NCBI GenBank assembly: GCA_937625935.1
Contig: OW569355.1
Coordinates: 372,001 to 436,000 of the forward strand
Direction of reading: 5' to 3'
Source: Tetramitus jugosus
Lineage: Eukaryota; Protista; Heterolobosea
Length of the DNA: 64,000 bases
Under the pieces are notes generated by a model. The model was not told the origin of the DNA, ran no database searches, and saw nothing but the letters and a program-made list of their open reading frames with translations. Below are positions 10,395-21,864 of this stretch, piece by piece. The position numbers and the translations under genes were made by a program. Within the stretch, counting starts at the first letter, position 1. Each line of letters starts with the position of its first letter.

Positions 10395-11057
10395 ATGCGT
10401 GACAGACTATTTCGCTTTTTGAGAATCAATTTTGAAACCGCTTAGGCGGAAGGCCTGGAAGAAAAATTCTCGAACGAGGAGCTTCAACAAGCCCTTGATT
10501 TTACTCACAATTATTTCTTTGGTATTAACAACCCTGGAAGAGGAATCTATTCAATCGAGTGTTGCATTCAATTAGAGCTTTTTCAGTGCGGTAGAGAAAG
10601 CTAGAAAGTATCCAAAAACTCTTAGAGAAGGGGAACAGAAGAGCTTAGATTGGGACAAACTGGATAATAGATATCAGTTGCTAAAGATTGCAACAAAGTG
10701 GGATATGCATTTTATGGATTGCAAGGTGCACTTTCACAAGACTGAAGAATCGATTGGGGCAAATCATTATGCTCTTTGTTTTAAAGATACTGAATCTGGT
10801 CAATTGGCTATAATGGATGTTAGTTTAGACAAATCTTATTGGATAAAACCTTTTGTTAAAAAACAAACAGACGAAAAGGAATCGAGAACAAGCAAAAGGA
10901 ATCGTTAGTAATCTCATACTTTGATGTTGGAGCCAACTACGAATTACAGAGGAAACATTTCTGGAAATACTTAAACAGACAGCGAATGATTGTTGTTTGT
11001 TTGATTGGCTTGTTTTCCATCATCACATGTAAGATAGGAGAATTTTTTAAGATCTGA
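10395..11057 (+). pseudogene. Possible degenerate coding relic of unknown family
   Basis: Protein-like frames broken by a TAG, a frameshift near 10575 and a duplicated AAAAGGAATCG (10874-10884 and 10894-10904). Removing that 20-nt unit rejoins the frame (…EKES-LVISYFDVGANY…). Confidence 0.3.
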
Positions 11058-11308
11058 AGGATGATGTTAGTAAGAGTTCAATAGCAAAAGAAAGAACTAC
11101 AGCCGCAGATCCTCGCCTCACACAACAAATGGTTCTCTGGTCCACACAAGAAGTAATATTTGGTAAGAATTGACTTGATTCACATCTTGAAGTAGTAAAG
11201 CACCTTGAACATTAGATTCATCCTAACACGAACTTGTTGTATTTCAAGTCGTCATTTCCCCGAAATTGTTTTCTTCCTTTGAAACCACAAACAACGACCA
11301 CCTGATTT

Positions 11309-13438
11309 ATGACTTCACAACCACTGAACAACACATCCAGGATGTCACAACCCAAACAACAACCACAAATTCATGTGGTGAACGTTCCCTCTCGTTGGAA
11401 AACCTTCAAGAACAACGCCCTCATCGTGCTCATCTCCTTGCTCGTGATCGCGATCGCCAAAATTCAGTTCATTGATCGTCTTCCAACTCAAATTGCACCG
11501 ACAACAAGATCGCCGCTCCACACAAACCAACAACAAAAACAACAAGAAACAAAAACATTAAAAATGTCCATTTTGCCTACATCTCCATTCGATAAGAGCT
11601 CATTTGCTAACAATGACAAGATTGTTGTTGAGCATTATGACATTCATTGGACTGCCAATTTCCAGAGCAAGCAACTCATTGGTCACGTTAACATTCGTGC
11701 ACGTGTCATTGATGCTGATGTGAAGCAAATGGTTTTGGATGCACGGTCCATTCGCATCACCAAGGTTGCCAACAATGAAAAGGAATTGATTTGGCATCAG
11801 GACACTTCGACTACAACAGACGCACAAGGTTATCCTCAAGTGTTTGGTCATCCATTGTTGATTGAGATTGGTGGGGACAATGAAAAGTTGAGTGTGGATC
11901 AAGTGATTAACCTCAGAATTGAGTATGCTACAACAGAGCAATCTGAAGCTATTCAATGGTTGTCCAAGGAGCAAACAGTTGGAAAGCAACATCCATACTT
12001 GTTTACTCAAGCACAGGCCATTCATGCAAGAAGCATGTTGCCATGTCAGGACACACCATCCTCCAAGAGTACTTATACTGCTCATATCACATGTGATCAA
12101 CCATTGGTTGCTGTGATGAGTGCTGCTAGTACTGGAAATGAGACTTTGGAGGGAAAGAGCGCCACTGTTTATCACTTTGAGCAAAACTTGCCAATTCCTG
12201 CCTATTTGATTGCACTTGGCATTGGTGCATTGAAGAGTGTTGAGATTGGTCCTCGCTCCATTCTGTGGTCCGAACCAGAGATGCTCGAAGCTGGTGCCTT
12301 TGAGTTTGCAAACACTGAGAACTTTATCAAGGCTGCTGAGGAATTCTTGCCACCATATGCTTGGGGCAGATATGACTTGTTGTTGTTGCCACCAAGTTTC
12401 CCATATGGTGGTATGGAGAATCCAAATCTGGTATTCATTACTCCTACTTTGTTGGCTGGTGATCGATCCTTGGAGAATGTTGTGGCTCATGAGATTGCTC
12501 ATGCTTGGAGTGGTAATCTGGTCACAAATCAAAACTGGGAATCTTTCTGGTTGAATGAAGGTTTCACTGTTTATATTGAAAGAAGAATTATTGCTAGATT
12601 GAGCGGAGAGAAGGAAGCTGAATTCCATGCCCAACTCGGTTACTTCCACTTGATTGACTCTGTGAAGCAATATGAGGAGATGAAGTTGCCAGCACTTACA
12701 AAGATGATGCCAGATTTGACAAAGATTGATCCAGATGATTCATTCAGCTCATTGCCTTATGAGAAGGGATTCAACTTCTTGTATTATTTGGACAGACAAA
12801 TTGTTGGCAGCACTGAAAAGTTTGAAGCATTTTTGAAGAGCTACTTTACAAAGTTTGCCAAGAAGAGCATTACTGCAAATGACATGAAGCAATACTTTAT
12901 TGAATATTTCACCCCAATTCTCGGTGCTGATAAGTTGAATCAGATTGATTGGGACAACTGGTTCTTCAGCGAAGGTTATCCACCAGTGAAGAACGATTTT
13001 GACAAATCATTGAGCGCTGCAGCAAAGGAGTTGGCAGACAAGTGGGCCAACAATAGTGCAGACAGATTTGAAGATATTTCTCAATGGAGCTCCAACCAAA
13101 TCTGTTTCTTCCTTGACACTCTCTTGGAAGATCACGACGCATTGCCTCAATCTCTCGTTGACGAGTTGGAACAGACATTCAAGTTCACTCAGAGACAGAA
13201 CAGCGAAATCAGATTCAGATTCTTGATGATTGCTCTGAAGGCAAACTGTGAAAAGTACTATGGAAAGGCTGTTGAGCTCGCAACTCAACAAGGAAGAATG
13301 AAGTTCACTCGTCCATTGTATCGTTCATTGAACAAGGCACAAAATGGAAGACAATTGGCTGTTGAGGCATTCGAAAAGCACCGCAACCAATATCACTTGA
13401 TTTGCTCCAAGATGGTTGCTCGTGATCTAGGTTTGTAA
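11309..13438 (+). CDS. LTA4H: M1 zinc aminopeptidase, leukotriene A4 hydrolase-like, with N-terminal signal anchor
   Basis: GGMEN, HEIAH-x18-E (FWLNEG), PYEKG, NSEIRFR and QGRMKFTRPLY motifs. Confidence 0.95.
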   Translation: MTSQPLNNTSRMSQPKQQPQIHVVNVPSRWKTFKNNALIVLISLLVIAIAKIQFIDRLPTQIAPTTRSPLHTNQQQKQQETKTLKMSILPTSPFDKSSFANNDKIVVEHYDIHWTANFQSKQLIGHVNIRARVIDADVKQMVLDARSIRITKVANNEKELIWHQDTSTTTDAQGYPQVFGHPLLIEIGGDNEKLSVDQVINLRIEYATTEQSEAIQWLSKEQTVGKQHPYLFTQAQAIHARSMLPCQDTPSSKSTYTAHITCDQPLVAVMSAASTGNETLEGKSATVYHFEQNLPIPAYLIALGIGALKSVEIGPRSILWSEPEMLEAGAFEFANTENFIKAAEEFLPPYAWGRYDLLLLPPSFPYGGMENPNLVFITPTLLAGDRSLENVVAHEIAHAWSGNLVTNQNWESFWLNEGFTVYIERRIIARLSGEKEAEFHAQLGYFHLIDSVKQYEEMKLPALTKMMPDLTKIDPDDSFSSLPYEKGFNFLYYLDRQIVGSTEKFEAFLKSYFTKFAKKSITANDMKQYFIEYFTPILGADKLNQIDWDNWFFSEGYPPVKNDFDKSLSAAAKELADKWANNSADRFEDISQWSSNQICFFLDTLLEDHDALPQSLVDELEQTFKFTQRQNSEIRFRFLMIALKANCEKYYGKAVELATQQGRMKFTRPLYRSLNKAQNGRQLAVEAFEKHRNQYHLICSKMVARDLGL

Positions 13439-13496
13439 TCCTCTTCCATTCTTCTCATAAATGACTCCCTTGATGACAAATCTCCGTTCTTATGTT

Positions 13497-13522
13497 TTTC
13501 GCGCCCATTTTCATTTTGGCGC
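13497..13522 (+). promoter_or_regulatory. Two E2F-type sites (TTTCGCGC, TTTGGCGC) upstream of POLE
   Basis: Exact matches to TTTSSCGC at 13497-13504 and 13515-13522, about 170-190 nt before the POLE ATG. Confidence 0.55.
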
Positions 13523-13686
13523 CAACATCTTTCGTTACCCAAAATTCAAATTGTTTCACGAACAAAGAAAACAAAGCACACTATTTTGACCACCATTGAA
13601 TTGAAGTGTTTTGCATTCAAGGCAAATCTTCCATCCCCACTCTTATTTATTTTTGCCTCCAAAGGTTTAACCAATACAAGTGAGTC

Positions 13687-16600
13687 ATGTACTTGAAAAA
13701 CCAAAAGAATGCACAAGCCAAAAAGAACAAGGCCTTTCGTTATGCAAAGGAACAAAAGAAGCAACAAACTCTGTCTGAAGAGCAAATAGAAAAGGAGAAG
13801 ATTACACGAAATCAAGAGACAAATGCAAGAAATGAAAAAATGGATGAATCGTTTGGCTTTCCCAAGTACGAGTCTGGTCCTGCAAAGATTGGATGGTTGT
13901 CTAACTTTAGGACCACGAGCATAGTGGATGAGAATGAACAGTCTCTGTCCGCTATCGACTACTACTTTATTGGTGAAGATGGTGACACATTTAAGTGCAC
14001 AATTACCAATGAGCCATATTTCTATATCGGAGTCAAGCCTGGAATGGAGCAACAAGCAGAACAGTATGTGATTAAGCAATACTCGACCAAAATTGCAAGA
14101 ACTATGATTATAGAGAAGGAAGACTTGGAGATGGTACGTGCACAATTTTGCAGTCAATTATCTTTTTAGTGTTGTGAATAATGTTTTTTGCTAATAGTGT
14201 CATGTTTTAGTTGAACCATCTTTCTGGTCTCAAGGCCAAGTACATTCGGATTAGTTTTCCCAATGTTCAAGATTTATTGCATGTCAGAAAGTTTTTGTTA
14301 GACTTGGTTGAGAAGAATCGAAAGAAGGTGCAAGTAGAAGCCTATGAATATGAAAATTTCCATGAATCAAATTTATCATCAGATGAGGAAGACGATGATA
14401 CGTTCAACTCTCATATTCCAAAGGTGTCTAGCGCCTTTGCTGGTGGAACTTCACACATGGCTCTGTTGGATTCCATTGTTGATATTAGAGAGTATGATGT
14501 TTCTTATCATATTCGTACAGCAATTGATCATGGTACTGTATTTATTCTCATTCTGAATTATGCCTCGGAATTGGTTTTGTTTGACTAACGTGATAATATT
14601 TATTGTAGATATTCGAGTCGGATACTGGTATGACGTCGAAAATATTGACGGAGATGTCGCTATAAAGCGAAAGACTGAGGAGAAGTACTCTGCGAGAGCA
14701 TCTCCCAAGATTTGTGCATGGGATATTGAAACTACTAAACCACCATTGATGTTTCCAGATGCTAGAAATGATTGTATCATGATGATATCTTACATGATGA
14801 ACAATCAGGGATACCTTATTGTGAATCGTGAAATTGTGTCAGAGGATATCGAGGATTTCGATTACACCCCTCTTCCAGAGTATCCTGGTCCATTTATCAT
14901 TTTTAATGTTGCAGATGAGCGAGAGCTGCTCGTAAAGTGGTTTGAACACTTAAGAGAAGAGAAGCCAACAATTTATGTGTCGTATAACGGTGATAATTTT
15001 GATTTTCCATTCGTGGACACTCGTGCCAGAAAGTACGATATGAATATTCGTGACGAAATCGGATATTGGAAAGATGTCAACAATGAATACAAATCAACTT
15101 ATGGATCTCACATGGATTTGCTGAATTGGGTTGTCAGAGACAGTTACTTGCCTCAAGGAAGTCATGGTTTAAAGGAAGTGACAAGAAAGCTTCTTGGATA
15201 TAATCCGATTGAAATTCATCCAGAGGAGATGGTTAATTGTGCAAAGGAGGATCCTCAAACATTAGCTTCATATTCTGTTTCTGATGCAGTGGCAACATAC
15301 TATCTATACAAGAAGTATGTAGAGGGCTTTATTTTCTCCCTGTGTAATATTATTCCTATGCCTCCTGATGAAGTTTTGCGGAAAGGTTCTGGTACACTTT
15401 GTGAGACATTGCTCATGGTTTCTGCGTTTAAGGCGAACATTATTTGTCCTAACAAATATAAGTCAGACCCTGAGAAAATGTACAAGGGACATTTGATTGA
15501 TAGTGAATCATACATTGGAGGCCACGTAAAGGCCTTGCAATCCGGAGTGTTTAGAAGTGATATTTTGCAAAAGTTTGCCGTAAATGCGGATGCATATGAT
15601 ACATTAATCCATGGGATTGATGAGGTGATGAATTTTGAAGTTGGAGATAAAGAAGTTGATGAAGAGTCAGTCAGCAGTGCTAAGCAGTCCATTATTCAGG
15701 CTCTAACGAGAATCAAGGATAATCCTAATAGGATTGAAAAGCCAAAAATTTTCCATTTGGATGTTGGTGCTATGTATCCAAATATTATTTTAACGAACAG
15801 ACTTCAACCTTCCTCTGTTGTGAATGAATCTATTTGTGCATCTTGTATTCATAATAAGCCTAGCACAAACTGTAAGAGACAATTGAAATGGCACTCGACT
15901 GTTGAGTTCTACACAGCAAATAAGTCAGAGTATAATCAAATTAAGAGGCAATTGGAGTCCGAGACGTTCCCTCCTATACTAAAGGATGATCCTCCAAGAT
16001 CCTTTTCTAATTTGAGTCACGAAGAGCAAACAGAAAAGATTAAGGAGCGTTTGGGAAGCCATTGTCGAAAAGCTTACAAGAAGATATACGAAAAGTCTGA
16101 TTCAATCAAAGATGCCACAGTATGCATGAGAGAAAATCCATTTTATGTCGATACTGTTAAAGCTTTCCGTGATAAGAGAGTCCAATTGAAGGACGAACAA
16201 AAGAAATGGAAAGGTATTCTTTCTAAAGCTGAAACACAAGATGAAATTGAGTTTGCCAAGAAGATGGTGGTAGTATCTGATTCTTTACAACTGGCTCACA
16301 AATGTATCTTGAATTCCTTCTATGGATATGTGATGAGAAAAGCATCTCGCTGGTATTCTATGGAGATGGCTGGTATTGTTACATATACTGGTGCTCAAAT
16401 TATCAAAGTAGCTCATGAGTTCATGAATGATATAGGTACTCCTCTTGAACTTGATACTGATGGTATTTGGTGCACCATTCCAGCTAGTTTCCCGTATAAT
16501 ATAACATACAAGCTAAAGAATGGACAAACATGCATGTTTAATTATCCATGTGTAATTTTAAACTCTGAGGTTCAAGCACAGTTTAGCAATCACCAATACC

Positions 16601-19600
16601 AAACTCTTGTTAATGAGGAAAAGAGACAGTATGAGACTTCTGTTGAAAATAGTATTTACTTTGAAGTTGATGGTCCTTATAGAGCGATGATTCTACCTGC
16701 ATCCCAAAAGCAAGGCAAAGGTATCGCAAAGAAATATGCAGTATTCAATGAAGATGAATCGATGGCTGAGCTTAAAGGTTTTGAGATTAAGAGACGTGGT
16801 GAGTTGCAACTTATTAAGCTTTTCCAAGCTGATTTGTTCAAGACATTCTTAAAGGGAGGTAGTTTGGAGGAGTGTTATGCTGCAGTTGGTGCTGTTGCGA
16901 ATAGATATCTAGACTATCTTTACTCAAAAGGTGAACATTTAGAGGATGAGGATTTGTTTAAGTTTATTTCCGAGAGTTCTAACATGAAGAAAACTTTGGC
17001 TGAATATGGTAGTACGAAGTCAGCAAGAACCACTACAGCAAGAAGATTAGCTGAGTTATTTGGTGATGAGATTATTCGAGACAAAGGATTGGTTTGTGAG
17101 TACATTGTGTCTGCCAAGCCAGATTCAGCTCCAGTTTCTGAACGATGTATTCCTGCTTCTGTCTTCAGACTGTCAGACACTGATAGAACACTTTTGTTCT
17201 TGAAGAAGTGGACCAAGGATGCAGGCTTGGTTTCGACTGATATTCGTGGTATTCTCGATTGGAAATATTACATTGAAAGATTTGGTGGTACTCTCCAAAA
17301 GTTGATTGTTATTCCCTCTATCAAGCAAGGACTTAGCAATCCAATACCACGTGTTGCACCTCCTGACTGGTTGGCACGAGAAGTTCGTGAGAATAGCGAT
17401 ACGAGAAAGCAAAAAACGATTGACTCTATGTTTTCCAAGAAGAGTGATCTGATTGACTTGGAGAATTTAGGAGACGAATTGTCGGGAGAAGGATCCAAAC
17501 CAAGTGTTGGACCAAGAGTAACAAAGCACAAAACAATGGATATTGAAGTGTTACTAGGAGCCAAGAGGAGACGTGCTGGTTCCAACGATGATTCTGAGAC
17601 GGGAGGCGTATCTGATCAAAAGAAGAGGAAAGTGCCAGATCCTGCCCTAAAGCTGCACAAAGAATTTGCTCAAGCAGATATTCAAAATATTAGTAAGCTA
17701 TTTACAAGCGAGCACTATCCTGTTTGGTTATTAAAAATGAAGAGCAGGTGGAGACAAATGAGAGAGAGAAGAAGAAAAAAGAGAGATGGACGAGATCCAG
17801 GTCCAGCGATTCCACCAATGATCCCATCAAACACAAATACAATGGCGTCCTTTTTGAGAAAGAAGACAGAAGCTGTGAAGTATAATGAATGGGAGATTAT
17901 CAAGATTCAAAAGACCCAGACTCCTGGCTTGTTCACACTTTTTGCTTTGATTGATAAGAGCATGCACAGCATTAATTTAAAGATTCCTCGTGAGATTTAC
18001 GTCAATTATCGGAAAGCTCCTCCTCAGGATGATATTGGTCAAGAAGTGAAACGCATTCTCCCAAGAGCTCGACCTGTTTACCATCTAAGGAAATACTACG
18101 TGGATGAAGAATACTACCAAAATCATTTCAGAGAAAAGTTAGAGGGCTTAGGACATTTAATCGAGGGAATTTATGAATCCCAAGTTCCTCCAATCTTTAG
18201 AGCTGTTATTGAGTTAGGATCGAGATGTAAGATTGAAAAGGACCACAGACAAAAGGTAGACAACAACGAAACCTTGTCCTTACAAGATCTGAAGTCGATC
18301 AAGAATACTGATTCATATCTGAGTGAATCACCAAAGAAGATATACATCTATCACAGTTGTCATGACGCAAGAGGTGAGGGCTTAATTTCTATGCTGATAT
18401 TTGCGACCATGCAAGCCAAAATATTTATCATTCAACCTCATGCTCAAGCAGAGCAACATACAATTAACTTCCAAAAATTGATCAGAGATGCTCATTCGAA
18501 GTTAGTTGCCTCTGAAGAGTATGAACAACATGAAGAAGTGGAAGAGTTAGTATCAAAGCTTACCTTTACATGTGAATACGTTGATAACAGAGAAGCTGCA
18601 TTTGAATCTGTGCAGAGAGAACTAGACATCTATCAGAGAGAAAAACGAGGTCCAACCTCTTTGTTAGTCCAATCACCGTACAGCATCGAAAGACTGTCGA
18701 ATGCGATTCATATTCTACCTGAGTTTCCAATTATAACAATGGCTAGCAGTGATGAAGATAATCGCTATCCAGCATTGGGTTGGATTCAGTTCTGTACAAA
18801 GATTTTGGCCAACAGATGCCTAACTGTGAGCAATTGGTTAGATACCATCCTGCAATATTCTCGCTATTCAAAGTCACCTATTGGTAATATTGAACCAGAT
18901 TTTACTGTGTTCTTGTACGATTTAATATTTGCTCGATTATTACATCAAAATGATCAAGTATTGTGGGTTAGTGAATCAAATCGACCAGATTTGGGTGGAA
19001 TGCAGGCTGATGATCTGCATGCTATCATTGCTTCTGAAGAAATACATAGGAATATTCAGATAAACCATCAGGGCATGTATCATGGAATGTGTATCGAATT
19101 CGAGCTCTTTAAACTCGATATTGATAGCGTTCTCCAAAGTCAGCATGTTAACGACTTGGAAGGAACCAATTACGATGAAGCATTGCTTGAAGTGAAGGAG
19201 CACATTAAGAGATCAAACAACGATGCTCAACTAGATCAAGTATTTGACGATGCTGTTCTATGTTTTTCTGCTTTCAGAGTCCTTAAGTCGATGGTGTCGG
19301 CATTGTTCTCTGATGTGCAAGAGGATGAGAATTATTTAGCAGATGTATTGTTGATGAGTTTCTATAGATGGCTAAGAAGTTCTCATGCTAAACTCTACGA
19401 CCCATCCATGAGCAGAATGATTTACAAATTGATGAAAAAGGTGTTTTTGCAATTGTTGTCCAGCTTGAAGAAGTTAGGTGCCACGATTGTTTATGCTGAC
19501 TTTAATCGTGTAGTTATTGCCACAAACAGAGTAACATTGGCCGATACGAAGGATTATATTCAATTTATCACGAATTCTATCTCAAAGAACAACTTGTTCT

Positions 19601-20595
19601 CATGGATCGAGTTGCGACCAAAGCGTTATTTCAGTCATCTGCTCTGGTACAATTCCTCTAATTTTGCTGGTGTGGAATGGACAGACACCACTGAAGAGGA
19701 CAATGAAGATACAGAACAAATGTCTGATGAAAGTAATGATGGCTTTATCTATAATAATTGGGATCTCCTGAATTACTTGCCTGCTGCTGTTCAGCAAAAA
19801 TTCATTATCATCGTATCTCACTACATTGATCAATTAAGACAGTTGCAGAACGAATTTTTGAGCTCAAGTGACAAGACTCTATCAGATGAGGATCTTCAAG
19901 AAAAATTGAAGAAGGCTGCTAAAACACTCATTGAAACCCAATTCACTCCTCAAATGCTTATCCAACTTGACGAAATTAAGATGATCGAATCAGATAAATC
20001 AGTGAGTGTGGATGATAAACGATTGGTGGTCCTCAAGGACTCTCGCGAGAAGAACTTCCGTCTCGAGTTTACAAAGACTATCTGCCAGATCCTAAGCATG
20101 GATAAATTTATCAAGTCAGAAGTTGCTTCCATGAGATCAAGCATGCTCAGATTGTTGAATGTGAAGGAATATTCCACAGAGGCATCCTTCTCCAAGCAAG
20201 TTCGCTCTTTTGTATTGCCCGATGTGATTTGTTCATACTGCAACTCGCACACAGATATTGACATTTGCAAGATTCCATCAGAGTCCAAGTCGAACGAATT
20301 TTGGAAGTGTTTCCATTGCCATAATTCGTATGACAAGTCAGTGATTGAGGGTCGATTGCTCGAATATGTTGAGAAGAGAACAGTATCCTATCATGTTCAA
20401 GATTTGAAGTGTGAGAAATGCTCACACGTCAAGATTGATAATCTGTCCACTCATTGTGAATGTTCTGGTAAGTGGTTGTGTAGTGATGGCTCAGATCGCG
20501 TGCATTCCACATTATCAACGCTGAGTCTCATTGCCAAATTCTATGGCTTCTCATGGTTGCAGGAGAACCTTGAATGGCTTGGTGTCAAAAATTGA
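13687..20595 (+). CDS. POLE: DNA polymerase epsilon catalytic subunit
   Basis: Introns 14134-14210 and 14533-14608. Exonuclease motifs WDIETTK and YNGDNFD, polymerase motifs LDVGAMYPNI, KCILNSFYGY and ELDTDG, and C-terminal CysA/CysB zinc fingers. Confidence 0.99.
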
Positions 20596-20686
20596 TTGTA
20601 TTGAAAACAAATATAAAAATAGATCCAAAAAAGAATGTATTGTATTTTTGTGATGCGCTCGAATACTTTCTCTCATTCACATACCA

Positions 20687-21805
20687 ATGAAACCAATGAG
20701 ATCACTCTACGTCGTGCTTTTACTGATGCTTCTAAGTTTAGGGAGCAATTGTGAACTACTAGAAGAATATCACGACATTATTCTGCCCAAATATCAACCC
20801 ATAGACGTGTACAAGGACGCACCTTTCAAGTTTCAATCCAACAGAGATCAATATCGATACTTTCGAATACTCTCCTCAAACACGACAGATTTCATGTTTG
20901 ATATCGAGTTTTCAGCATGTGTAGGAGCAATCGAACTATTTTACTCAAATTGCATTCAGGAGAATCCTCACACTGAATGCCAGGATCAATTCCCAAACTC
21001 CTTCAACTACAAGTCAAAGTTCACTCCAGATCGAGTACGGGACAAGGGACAATACACTGCCTACGCATCTGACTTGTGTGAGAATGAGCAATGTATCTTT
21101 CGACAACAACGAGCAATCCAAAATGAACCTTTGATTGTTCACTACTTTGGAGTGAGGGCTATCGAATCAAACGAATTCAATGTGACCAATTTTCAACTAT
21201 GGATCAAAGTATCACCCACGACAACAATGGTTCCCATGAATAGTTTTGTGCAACGAGATGAAATTGAATCCTCGGGAAGCTTAACTTCCGGATACACTCT
21301 GAGCTGGGATAATCCAGTGTATTGCAGGTACCATCAAGGATTGAAGCAGAAGAGTCATTGTCTTGATCAGGTTCACTTCTTGCGCGGCATGCAATACTCT
21401 GTAGTTCTGTTGGATCAATTCGAAGAGTCCAAGGGACACAACATGCTGACCGTGTGTGGACTCTGGGCAGCCGAAGGAAGATTACTAACCGCACTCAACC
21501 AAACAAGTTTACAAGACCGGAAACACCTTAAGAAGGGAATGTTCGTGAATGTGATTGCACGGGATGTCACAAGAAGGAGTGAACAAGTATTTCCAATAGT
21601 GTATAGTCCAATACAGATTGGAGATCGTTCCCCTGCTTGGGGCTACATGATTGCCTCTTGTGTGGCTCTTGGTCTCACGCTCTTTGTCATTGCTCTGGTC
21701 GTCAGTGTGAGTTGTTGTTTCAGAGATCCCATTGAACCATTCTCCTTGGCTAGATCTATTCGTCCTTTCAACAACAACAATAATCACTATGGATCCATAT
21801 CATAA
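20687..21805 (+). CDS. Type I membrane protein of unknown function
   Basis: Signal peptide, Cys-containing ectodomain with N-glycosylation sequons, one C-terminal TM helix and a short tail. Confidence 0.75.
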   Translation: MKPMRSLYVVLLLMLLSLGSNCELLEEYHDIILPKYQPIDVYKDAPFKFQSNRDQYRYFRILSSNTTDFMFDIEFSACVGAIELFYSNCIQENPHTECQDQFPNSFNYKSKFTPDRVRDKGQYTAYASDLCENEQCIFRQQRAIQNEPLIVHYFGVRAIESNEFNVTNFQLWIKVSPTTTMVPMNSFVQRDEIESSGSLTSGYTLSWDNPVYCRYHQGLKQKSHCLDQVHFLRGMQYSVVLLDQFEESKGHNMLTVCGLWAAEGRLLTALNQTSLQDRKHLKKGMFVNVIARDVTRRSEQVFPIVYSPIQIGDRSPAWGYMIASCVALGLTLFVIALVVSVSCCFRDPIEPFSLARSIRPFNNNNNHYGSIS

Positions 21806-21819
21806 AACAACACTTTAAC

Positions 21820-21840
21820 TTTCCCGCCCTTTTTTGGCGC
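21820..21840 (+). promoter_or_regulatory. Two E2F-type sites (TTTCCCGC, TTTGGCGC) upstream of NEDD1
   Basis: Matches at 21820-21827 and 21833-21840 inside a 59-nt intergenic spacer. Confidence 0.55.
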
Positions 21841-21864
21841 CCATAAAATTACCGACCGTTCACC

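Noticed and set aside
11600-12670. 356-aa minus-strand ORF
   Set aside because: Antisense to the well-supported LTA4H gene, with no motifs of its own.
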